A DNA stretch of 64,000 nt from Patescibacteria group bacterium UBA6017 (GTDB taxonomy: Bacteria > Patescibacteriota > Saccharimonadia > UBA4664), in assembly GCA_002429485.1 (NCBI GenBank), contig DIZX01000009.1, positions 5,461-69,460 of the forward strand. Direction: 5' to 3'. Every line of letters starts with the position of its first letter. Position 1 is the stretch's first letter. The translations under genes and the position numbers were made by a program. Below the pieces are notes generated by a model. That model did not search any database. It had not been told where the DNA came from and saw only the letters and a program-made list of their open reading frames with translations. Below, piece after piece: positions 46,640 through 54,788 of the stretch.

Positions 46640-49072
46640 TTACGGTTTAGTGGCGTCCCAGTATCCGACCAGGTAGGACAAGATGGAGCTGGCAGTGTTG
46701 TTGGAGCCACCGTTGGTATGGTTATGCGTGGTGTTGCCATTGCCGTCGGTGTAGCCGGATATCGCGGCTTGGCCGAGGAGTATGGCGTGGAGGTCGTGAT
46801 TGCAGCTCGAAGCGGCACTCTCAAGTGAGCCGGCTTGTTGACCGCCGGGGTGCTTGGGGCGGAAGCCGGTGATGTTGATTACGCGGTTGAGATTCCAGCC
46901 CCAGCAGTTGCCGACCGTGGCGTGGCCCGCGAGGTTGGTGGGGCCGTAGCAGGGAGAGCTGCCGCCGCAATAAACGGGAGCCGGATTGGAGACGGTTAAA
47001 GTCGCGGAATTGGCGCCGGAGCCGCCCGTGTTGGTACAAGTCAGGGTGTAGGTGTATGAGCCGGCGCTGGCGATGGTACCGGTACTCACGCTGCCCGATG
47101 CCGCTTTTGAGCCCGTCCAAGATCCGCTGCCCACGCAACTTGACGGGCTGGCGGAGGCGCTCCAAGTAATTGTGGCAGCGCTGCCGGTGTTTATTGAAGT
47201 TGGTGCCACAGAGATAGTGATGATCGGAACCGCGAGAACCGTGAGCGTGGCCGACTTTGTATTTGATCCGGCACTGTTGCTGCAGGCCAGGGTGTAAGTG
47301 AAGGTGCCAGATGAGGCCATCGTGCCGGTATTGGTGCTGCCACTGCCCGCTACGGCTCCGCTCCATGAACCCGAGGCGGTGCAGGAGGTCGGATTGTTGG
47401 TGGTGCTCCAGCTCAGGGTGGAGCTGCTGCCCGTACCAATATTGGCCGGAGACATTGATATCGTGACTACCGGGGCTATCGCGCCGCCGGCGCCCGAGGT
47501 GACGTTGACGGTAGTATTCGCGGCATTGCTGCCGCCGGCGTTGGAGCAACTCAGGGTATAGCTGTAGGTCTTGATGGTGCTCAAAACGCCGGTGTTTTGG
47601 GTGCCGCCGGCCGACTTGGCACCCACCCAGTCGCCAGAGGCAGTACACGAAGTGGGGCTGTTGGTGGCACTCCAGCTCAATGTAGAGCTGCCGCCGGCGG
47701 TTATTGAAATCGGGTTGGCGGAAAGTGAAACCACCGGGGCGGCGGGAATTTTAACAATCAGGGCGATGTTATTGGCAAAACCGGTGCCGCCGGAATTGGT
47801 ACAGGTGAGGTTGTAGAGGTAAGTTCTGGCGGTATTTAGGGTGCCGGTGCTGATGCTGCCGCTGGCCGCTTTGGCGCCCGACCAGTCACCCGTGGCGGTG
47901 CAGCTGCTCGGGCTGTTGGTGGCGCTCCAAGTGAGGGTGGCAGCACTCCCCGCGAAAATGGTTCCCGGGCTAACCGATAGCGAAACAACGGATGGGTTGG
48001 GCAGGACCTGAATGACGGCTGTGTCGACGGTGCTGCCGGTGCCATTGCCGCAGCTTATGGTGTAGGAATATGTCTTGATGGTGTTGAGGGCGCCCATGGC
48101 CTGAGAGCCGCCGCCGGTAGCCTTGGCTCCTGTCCAGTCCCCCGTGGCGGTGCAGGAGGTCGGGGTATTGGTGACAGCCCAGGTCAGAGTGACGGCTGTT
48201 CCTGGGGTGATCGGGCCTACGGGGTTGCTCGAGAGTGATACGATCGGCAGATTGGGCGGCGGAGTGGCGGCTGCTACGGTGGCGGTGGCGAAGCCGGTGC
48301 CGCTGGAATTGGAGCAGCTGAGGGTATAGGTATAGGTTTTGGCGATGGTGAGGGCGCCGGTGCTGGCCGTGCCGGTGGCCGATTTTGCGCCGCTCCAATT
48401 GCCGCTCGAAGTACACGAGGTGGGGTTGTTGGCGACGCTCCAGCTGAGCGTGGAGCTGTCTCCGGTATAGATCGAAGTCGGAGTGGCAGCCATGCTGACC
48501 ATCGGCCGGGTGGCGCTGCCCGTCCCGCCTTGGTCGGTAGCGCCTACGCCGATGGTGGCAAAGCCGGTGCCGGTGGCGTTTTTGCAGGTGAGGGTGAAGA
48601 GATAGGTCTGAACGATGGTGAGGCGAGGAGTGGTTTCTGAGCCGCTAGTCGCTTTTGCGCCGCTCCAATCGTCGCTGGCGGTACAGGAAGTGGGGTTGTT
48701 GGTGACACTCCAGCTGAGCTTGGCGGTGCCTCCGGTTGCTACCGAGGCGGGGTTTGAGGTGAGGGTGATGACCGGGCTGTTGGTGCCGGTGTTGCCGCCC
48801 GTACCCACGGCGATACCGCCGCCAGGGAGGCTGGCGGTACTTTTGTGGTTGCCCGCTGTTTGGGTGGGAACGGGCAGTGCCAGACCAGTAGACTGCCGAA
48901 GTTTCTGGTTGTTGACCAAGATCGTAAATAAGCTAAATGACAAGATGGTCAGGCTGATGATGACCGTCGAGATGCCAAGTAATATCTTGGTGCCCTTGGG
49001 TCCGAGCTTCGGCGGCCCCGGCAGGGGGATGAGAGCGTTTGGCTCGTTTAAGGTGATGACTACGGGGTCCAT
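46640..49072 (-). CDS. membrane-anchored extracellular protein with about 8 tandem Ig-like repeats and a C-terminal cytochrome-b5-like heme-binding domain
   Basis: N-terminal TM. Repeats of ~90 aa carry LSWS.TN.PTSCTASGDWSGAK...Y.YTL.C.N. The C-terminus YCGGSSPCYGPTNLAGHATVGNCWGWNLNRVINITGFRPKHPGGQQAG...NHDLH aligns to the cyt b5 core (H...DCW...VYDVT.F...HPGG ... H). Confidence 0.65.
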   Translation of the reverse strand: MDPVVITLNEPNALIPLPGPPKLGPKGTKILLGISTVIISLTILSFSLFTILVNNQKLRQSTGLALPVPTQTAGNHKSTASLPGGGIAVGTGGNTGTNSPVITLTSNPASVATGGTAKLSWSVTNNPTSCTASDDWSGAKATSGSETTPRLTIVQTYLFTLTCKNATGTGFATIGVGATDQGGTGSATRPMVSMAATPTSIYTGDSSTLSWSVANNPTSCTSSGNWSGAKSATGTASTGALTIAKTYTYTLSCSNSSGTGFATATVAAATPPPNLPIVSLSSNPVGPITPGTAVTLTWAVTNTPTSCTATGDWTGAKATGGGSQAMGALNTIKTYSYTISCGNGTGSTVDTAVIQVLPNPSVVSLSVSPGTIFAGSAATLTWSATNSPSSCTATGDWSGAKAASGSISTGTLNTARTYLYNLTCTNSGGTGFANNIALIVKIPAAPVVSLSANPISITAGGSSTLSWSATNSPTSCTASGDWVGAKSAGGTQNTGVLSTIKTYSYTLSCSNAGGSNAANTTVNVTSGAGGAIAPVVTISMSPANIGTGSSSTLSWSTTNNPTSCTASGSWSGAVAGSGSTNTGTMASSGTFTYTLACSNSAGSNTKSATLTVLAVPIITISVAPTSINTGSAATITWSASASPSSCVGSGSWTGSKAASGSVSTGTIASAGSYTYTLTCTNTGGSGANSATLTVSNPAPVYCGGSSPCYGPTNLAGHATVGNCWGWNLNRVINITGFRPKHPGGQQAGSLESAASSCNHDLHAILLGQAAISGYTDGNGNTTHNHTNGGSNNTASSILSYLVGYWDATKP
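47000..48780. repeat. intragenic tandem repeats (about 8 x ~270 bp, imperfect) encoding Ig-like modules
   Basis: Periodic recurrence of ACCAACAGCCC / CAGCTCAGGGT-type segments, and of protein-level repeats, within 46640..49072. Confidence 0.55.
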
Positions 49073-49080
49073 ATTGGGTC

Positions 49081-49587
49081 CTAGAGCTTGATTACGTTTG
49101 GCGCAGCAGCGGCGTCTGATTGATAAATGAATTCGGCCGGCACCGCAGTATTTGGAATATCAAAATCGATACTGAGATCGGAGCGGGCGCCGGGCTCGAG
49201 GGGCCCGCCGATTATTTGCCTCGGGGCAAGATATTTGGCTGTCATGTCGTGGAGTTGCCCGGTACCTGTATGCAGGAACATTTGAAGCCCGGGCGAAACC
49301 TGGAGAGTCTTGGTGGATAGATTTTGAAAAGTCAGGTTTACGGTTATGCGCTTTTTTCCCGAAACAGGATCGGGTTGCACCTCGGTGACGCCGCTGACGA
49401 TTATGTCGGAGTCGGCGGTGTGCGCGCTTCGACTGGTCGCATTAGTGGAGGTCTGGCTCAAGACGTTGCCGTGTTGGCCAGGAATGATCGTGTTGAGCAC
49501 AACGGTGGCTGCCAGTAAGGTGCCAACAGATGTAGCTACCGAAATACCGACAACCTTGTGGAGATGAGCTTGTTTTGGCAGGTTCAT
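49081..49587 (-). CDS. membrane-anchored DUF4352-like extracellular protein
   Basis: N-terminal TM, then ITVNLTFQNLSTKTLQVSPGLQMFLH...GARSDLSIDFDIP. Confidence 0.5.
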   Translation of the reverse strand: MNLPKQAHLHKVVGISVATSVGTLLAATVVLNTIIPGQHGNVLSQTSTNATSRSAHTADSDIIVSGVTEVQPDPVSGKKRITVNLTFQNLSTKTLQVSPGLQMFLHTGTGQLHDMTAKYLAPRQIIGGPLEPGARSDLSIDFDIPNTAVPAEFIYQSDAAAAPNVIKL

Positions 49588-49649
49588 CAGGAATTACTAA
49601 ACTCTTATCACGTAATATGTCTGAATTTTAGCATAACTGTTTTGGCTAT

Positions 49650-50168
49650 TCAACGAAGCGAAAACGGGATGACTCCCCCACTCCAAATGCCGTCAACAAA
49701 GAGTTTGTACTTGGCAGTTTTACCGGCAGCATAGCTAATTTGACCGCGGACGGTTTCGCCGGGTGACAGCTCGCCGGCATGGAAGGGCTCGTCGAGCTCG
49801 AAGGGCGTCAGGTAGGAGACTTCGCCGGAGTCCTTCTTGAGGTAGATATCGCTGCCGGGGAGAATATTCACCGGCCTATCACTCACATTGGTCACGGATA
49901 GGTCGACGATGACGTAGTGCTGGTCGGGGGGGATCGGGAATGATTTTTTGCCGTCGCTATAGGTGACGTTATTGATCTTCATCGATACGCTGCCCATGGT
50001 TACGGCCTGGCCGTTGGGGTAAGGGTTTTGAGCGACACTGGCGCGGCGGGGTTGGTGCTGCACGAAGAGCGCGGTCGCCAGGAGCACGATCGACAGGCTG
50101 AGCATTATCAGGCCGGCCACGTAAGTAGCGCTGGGGCGGTCGTGATGAAATAGTCGTGGTAGTTTCAT
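49650..50168 (-). CDS. membrane-anchored DUF4352-like extracellular protein
   Basis: N-terminal TM, then YVIVDLSVTNVSDRPVNILPGSDIYLKKDSGEVSY...GELSPGETVRGQISY, a classic DUF4352-type pattern. Confidence 0.6.
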   Translation of the reverse strand: MKLPRLFHHDRPSATYVAGLIMLSLSIVLLATALFVQHQPRRASVAQNPYPNGQAVTMGSVSMKINNVTYSDGKKSFPIPPDQHYVIVDLSVTNVSDRPVNILPGSDIYLKKDSGEVSYLTPFELDEPFHAGELSPGETVRGQISYAAGKTAKYKLFVDGIWSGGVIPFSLR

Positions 50169-50180
50169 GATTGGTCCTTG

Positions 50181-50936
50181 TTAGGGTTTTGTTGAGTCAA
50201 GATAGCCGACAAAGTAGGGAATCATATTTTTATCGGCATTTTGCTTGGTGGTGGCATTGTGGTTGCGGGTTTGGCCTTCGGCGCTGGATTGGCCGGCCAG
50301 GGAGGGGGCCAGATCTTTGCCGCAGATCGAGCTGATGGCAATCGAGCTGATGCCGCTCTTGACGACGTGGAAGCCGGCATCGAATCCGGAGATGTCGATG
50401 ATCCGGTCGAGATTGTAGCCCCAGCAGTTGCTTGCGGAGCTGTGAGCGGCAACCTGCCTGATGCTGTAGCAAGGGGTCCGGCCGCCGCAGTATATTACTC
50501 CGCCCGAGGAGCTCACGATTGGCGCGGCTTTGGGCGGGGCGATGGCATTGCCGACGGTCACTACGGCGGAGGTTTTCACTGATCCGCCGGCATTGATGCA
50601 CTCGAGCGTGTAGGCGTAATTGCCCGCGGCTGCAATGCGGCCGGTGCTTTCGGTACCAAATGGCGTTTTGCTGCCGGTCCAGCCTCCCGAGGCTGTACAG
50701 CCGGAGACGCTTCCAGATGTGGTCCAGCTCAGGGCGCTGTAGCCTCCGGCGGTAATACTGCTGGGAGTAGCGGTGAGGTTCACGGTTGGCGGCAGCGCTG
50801 CCGCGAGCGGCGTATCGGATGAGACGGCGATTGGTTTGGGTAATTTGTCGGGTATAAATATACCCATTAACACCAGCGCGTTGAGCAGCACGCAGGTTAT
50901 TATCATCGCTATTCCAACGCTCTTTTTAAGCCACAT
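50181..50936 (-). CDS. membrane-anchored extracellular protein with one Ig-like repeat plus a cytochrome-b5-like C-terminal domain (degenerate HPGG)
   Basis: N-terminal TM and one copy of the LSW..SGS.SGCTASGGW repeat. The C-terminus YCGGRTPCYSIRQVAAHSSASNCWGYNLDRIIDISGFDAGFHVVKSG...NHN...YFVGYLDSTKP is paralogous to the 810-aa protein C-terminus. RBS GAGGTG. Confidence 0.6.
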   Translation of the reverse strand: MWLKKSVGIAMIITCVLLNALVLMGIFIPDKLPKPIAVSSDTPLAAALPPTVNLTATPSSITAGGYSALSWTTSGSVSGCTASGGWTGSKTPFGTESTGRIAAAGNYAYTLECINAGGSVKTSAVVTVGNAIAPPKAAPIVSSSGGVIYCGGRTPCYSIRQVAAHSSASNCWGYNLDRIIDISGFDAGFHVVKSGISSIAISSICGKDLAPSLAGQSSAEGQTRNHNATTKQNADKNMIPYFVGYLDSTKP

Positions 50937-50951
50937 GTTTCACCTCGTATT

Positions 50952-52388
50952 TCATGACATTGCAAACTCTTCAGTATGGATACTCGTTCCCGGAATGGAT
51001 TTGGCCCTGAACTGATCGTGCATGGCTTTCATCATTCCCGGAGGACCGCAGATGAAGATCTCCTTGCCCGCGATACCCTCGCTGGTCTTTTCGATATAGT
51101 CGGCATTGAGGTAGGTCGGCTGCTTGTCGCCAATGTAGGGAATCACCCGGAAGTAACCCTTGGAGGCGGTGGCGACGTCAAACAGGGCCTGCCAGTCGAT
51201 GATCTCGCTAGTGGTTTTGACCGAGTAGTACAGATCAATCCGAAAGCCGCTGGCCGGCAGGCTGCGGGCCATCGAGACGAAGGGGGCAATCCCGATGCCG
51301 CCGGCAATCCAGATCTGATTTAAGTTGTGGTAGTTCGAGTAGGTGAACTTGCCGTATGCGCCCTCGACCTCGGCCATCGTGCCGGGTTTTAGGGCACCCA
51401 ACTTACTAGTGAAGTCCCCAAGCCCCTTAATGCTCACGCGCAAATTGGCATCGCTCGAGCCGGAGGAGATTGAAAATGGGTGCCATTCCGAGCCGATGCC
51501 CTCAGGGGTAGCGTCCAGGAAATGAATAAACAAAAATTGGCCGCTTTTGTACATCATGGGGAGGTTTTCGGGCGACATCGTGACCTGGGTGACGTTGCCG
51601 CCTTCGGTTACGACGGATTCTACGCGGTAGCGATGCTTGCGGATGAGGATTTTGCCCGCCAGGGTCTTGTAGGTGAAGGCGAGAAGGCCGAGGGCGACGA
51701 AGCCGAGGATGTAGTTGCGCAGCGCCGGGTGGGTGGAGACGTCGCTGGTGATAAACAGCACGTGCAGACCGGCAAAAAAGAAGGCGGCACCGAGGAAGCG
51801 GTGCATCACAATCCAGATGCGGTAAGGAATTTTGATAAAGAAGGTCACTAGCAGCAGGACTACCATGCCCCAAAAGGCGATGATGCCAAACAGCAGCGCC
51901 CATTGCTCGAGGACGATGGCGTGATTGTCGAGGCGGGTGTTAAACAGCGCGTTGACGGGGGTGAGGCCGTTGGGTAGCAACAACAGGGCAGCCTGATGAA
52001 ACGAGCCCTTGAGAAACGGTGACGTGAGCGAAATCTTGGTGATATAGCGCATGGAGAGCAGCACGGGGTGAAATGACAATAATATGAGCGCCAGCCCGCC
52101 CAGGATGTGGTGGGCAATATAGACCCGGTTGAGCCCGCCAAATAATTGCTCCAGGAAGCGCAAACGGGTGCTGTACACCAGATTGAGGGCATACAATACC
52201 AGCCCGACTAGGCCAGTGACGCGCCCCAGGCTGAGCATAACGCCGGAGAACCCGCGGATTTGGTTTAGCGGGTGGATCTGAGCCCAGATGATGGCAGGAA
52301 TGAGGCAGAGGACAATTGTAATCCCCCACCCGAGAAGGTGCTCAAGCCGGAAGCTGATGATGAGTTTGCGGTCGCCGTTGGGTTGCAT
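50952..52388 (-). CDS. NOX/ferric-reductase-family transmembrane flavocytochrome (bis-heme TM domain plus FAD and NAD(P)H binding)
   Basis: Six TM helices with paired His (HHILGGLALILLSFH and HRFLGAAFFFAGLH). FAD site HPFSIS (HPFT-type). NAD site AGGIGIAPF. C-terminal CGPPGM. Confidence 0.8.
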   Translation of the reverse strand: MQPNGDRKLIISFRLEHLLGWGITIVLCLIPAIIWAQIHPLNQIRGFSGVMLSLGRVTGLVGLVLYALNLVYSTRLRFLEQLFGGLNRVYIAHHILGGLALILLSFHPVLLSMRYITKISLTSPFLKGSFHQAALLLLPNGLTPVNALFNTRLDNHAIVLEQWALLFGIIAFWGMVVLLLVTFFIKIPYRIWIVMHRFLGAAFFFAGLHVLFITSDVSTHPALRNYILGFVALGLLAFTYKTLAGKILIRKHRYRVESVVTEGGNVTQVTMSPENLPMMYKSGQFLFIHFLDATPEGIGSEWHPFSISSGSSDANLRVSIKGLGDFTSKLGALKPGTMAEVEGAYGKFTYSNYHNLNQIWIAGGIGIAPFVSMARSLPASGFRIDLYYSVKTTSEIIDWQALFDVATASKGYFRVIPYIGDKQPTYLNADYIEKTSEGIAGKEIFICGPPGMMKAMHDQFRAKSIPGTSIHTEEFAMS

Positions 52389-52451
52389 ACTACCTAGTGA
52401 GGCTCAATTCTATAAGCATAAGAATATTTTGCCATAGATACTGCTTATGTC

Positions 52452-53924
52452 CTATATAGAAGCTCGCAGTTGTTCGTAGATTCGCACCATGGCCAGGGTG
52501 TCTTGTCCGCAATATTCCACCAGGTCGTCGTAGACGGCCGTCATCTTGTCGGGGGTAAGCTCGCCGCGGGCGGCGCGCATCCAGCGAATTTGGGCGGTCA
52601 TGCCCTCGCCGATGCCCAGGTCCTGGTATGACAATTCGGGTGCCAGGACGGGCAGTACCTTCTTGATGCTGGCGCTGCCCATAAAGCCGGGGTCGGCGTA
52701 CCAGCCGTTGGCGAAAATTTCCATGAGGTCGTACACTCGGGCGTTTACATCGGCCAAAAATTCGGCAAATTCGGGATGCAGGGCGGCCATGGCGTCGTTG
52801 CAGCCTATTTCGAAGCTCTTGTTCCACACGATGACGCTGCCGGTAGGGCCAAAATCGGCCTGCATGTGCTCGAGCAGCGTGGGAACGGGATAATTCCCTC
52901 CCCGAGCCAAAAATTCCTTATGGATCATCGGCCCGCCGGCGACCTCGATAACGTGCAGCGAGTACTGGAATGGTAATTGCTGGTAGGGCCGCACTCCGTT
53001 CCACAGCGGTAGGGCGCCGGCAAAGGTCTCGTAATCCAGGAAATACAGCGGATACACCAATTCGCCTAGAGAATGGGCAATTTTTTCACGGTGAATGTGG
53101 GGGGTTCCCGTGCGCACGACCTGAATCTGGGCGACTTGCTGAGGCTTGAGGTCGAAATCGTCGGGAATATCCCCAATCCGCGTCACTCCCTGCTCGGCCA
53201 AGGCCTTGATCTGGCCCAAATTCAGCCGGGTCAGGTTGAGGACGCTATTCGAGTCGATATCCGAATGCAGGTGCCGGTAGACGTCGCGCCAACCGAACCA
53301 ATCCCCTGCCAGTTCGGGTGCGTCATTGGGCACCTCGCCCAGCGCCATCACGGTCATGGCCGCTTCCACCTTGCCGGCGGTGCTGGCGGCCAGCGGCTCG
53401 ATCTGGTCAGTGACCTCCATGGTTGTAAATAATTTCTCGGGATCAATCTCCCCGTCGCGCACATATTGAGCATTAATGTGGACCACGAAACTGCGTCCGA
53501 TCTTATAGCCCGCTTCTTCCCAGACGTAGCGCTGGAAGGCCAGATCGAGCAAATGGGCGGTTTTCACCGAGGCGGCACCCTTGATCTCGTACAGATCCCA
53601 AGTCGACCCGCGTCGTACCATCACGTCCGAACGCACATACAGCCGACGGTCGGTCAGCACGCTGGGTTGAAACAGTACATCGGGGCCGCCGTCGCGCATC
53701 TGCCGGGCACTCTCGTCGGGGCCGTCAAACATCGGTACGTCCACTTCGTGTCCGCCTGGCCACAAGCTGACCGCCACGGCTTCCACGGCGTTGCCCTGGT
53801 CGACGTTTGCCTGGGCTACCTCGTTAAACTCCGGCAGCTCATCCTTGGCATACTTCGCCAGCCACAGGTAAGCCGGGTGAATCAGAAACTTCAGATAATC
53901 GGATTTGGTAAGCCACTTCGCCAT
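52452..53924 (-). CDS. DUF2779-family protein (predicted PD-(D/E)xK/Cas4-like plus RNase-H-like nuclease)
   Basis: YFLDYETFAGALPLWNGVRPYQQLPFQYSLHV is the hallmark DUF2779 segment. 490 aa. Confidence 0.65.
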   Translation of the reverse strand: MAKWLTKSDYLKFLIHPAYLWLAKYAKDELPEFNEVAQANVDQGNAVEAVAVSLWPGGHEVDVPMFDGPDESARQMRDGGPDVLFQPSVLTDRRLYVRSDVMVRRGSTWDLYEIKGAASVKTAHLLDLAFQRYVWEEAGYKIGRSFVVHINAQYVRDGEIDPEKLFTTMEVTDQIEPLAASTAGKVEAAMTVMALGEVPNDAPELAGDWFGWRDVYRHLHSDIDSNSVLNLTRLNLGQIKALAEQGVTRIGDIPDDFDLKPQQVAQIQVVRTGTPHIHREKIAHSLGELVYPLYFLDYETFAGALPLWNGVRPYQQLPFQYSLHVIEVAGGPMIHKEFLARGGNYPVPTLLEHMQADFGPTGSVIVWNKSFEIGCNDAMAALHPEFAEFLADVNARVYDLMEIFANGWYADPGFMGSASIKKVLPVLAPELSYQDLGIGEGMTAQIRWMRAARGELTPDKMTAVYDDLVEYCGQDTLAMVRIYEQLRASI

Positions 53925-54788
53925 AGCCCCTATTGTATACGCTTTAAGCCATTTATGTTATCGTACATCTGATCTTTGGGATCTGCCCGGAGCGAACCAC
54001 TGGAGTTGAAGAGATGAATGATGTCGTCGTTTTGCACGTCGTGAACTATCGCGGCAAGCAGGTGCACTGTCACCGTCCGCCCGTGAAAACGCAGGGGCCG
54101 TTCGTGTTCTTCTCACTCACTGCACCCTTCGTCTTTGTCGACGTGATCGATACCGGTACCTACGGCGACAACAACATCGTCGTGCTCAACGAGGAATCGA
54201 GCGGGTACATCGACCCGAACCTGCCCGAGACGGACGAGGTGAAGATCTACAACCTTTCCGCCGTCGATCAGGACGTTCTGTTCTGTACATGACACAACTC
54301 GCTTCGTGCACTCGCGCCGCTCCGGTCTTCCGGGGCGGCGTTGCGCTTTACGAAATTATTGATGAACGATCAAAGTAATGCCATTATAATGTTTGTCGTT
54401 GTTTAACCGCACGGCTCGCACCAACGCATCTCAATTCACCTACTGGCCGCAGGGCCGAGACGGGAAGTCCCCTATGCCGAAACGCAGCCTCACTCAAACG
54501 CTCTGGCATTCTATCCAGAGGAACTACCCCTTTGTGCTACTGGCATTCCTGTTCATTCTGGCGGTAGCAGCGGCCTCCTGGTACTTCGGCAGCGGAGTAT
54601 TCAGCTTCGCTGGCTAACCGGCTTCGGCCAACCAACACCCAAATACTGAGTGTCCCCTGGCAGGCGGCGGGAGCAACTATTCCCGCCGCCAGAGCCCCCC
54701 AGATGCGTTGGTGCACAGGCTCAACGATTATTTTCATCGTTCTGATGAGTCCCAAAAAGGACGAAAGCCCAATAGGTACTGGTTGATT

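Noticed and set aside
46821-48416. ORFs 46821..47648(-), 47970..48416(-) and the plus-strand ORFs 47052..48329 inside the Ig-repeat gene; also considered a CRISPR array because of the periodicity
   Set aside because: The periodicity is a protein-coding tandem domain repeat of about 270 bp, imperfect and in frame. It lacks short identical repeats with unique spacers, and no cas genes are nearby. The alternative frames give His/Arg/Gln-rich nonsense.
51502-52329. Alternative minus-strand frames inside the NOX-like gene (51502..51903, 51860..52192, 51940..52329)
   Set aside because: Only the 50952..52388 frame yields TM helices with paired His and the FAD/NAD motifs.
54014-54617. Small ORFs 54014..54292(+) and 54393..54617(+) between the DUF2779 and RhuM genes
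   Set aside because: The first has a GGAG RBS but also a fully overlapping antisense ORF and no homology. The second is a plausible 45-aa TM peptide from an internal Met. Support is too weak to list them as features. They are mentioned in findings.
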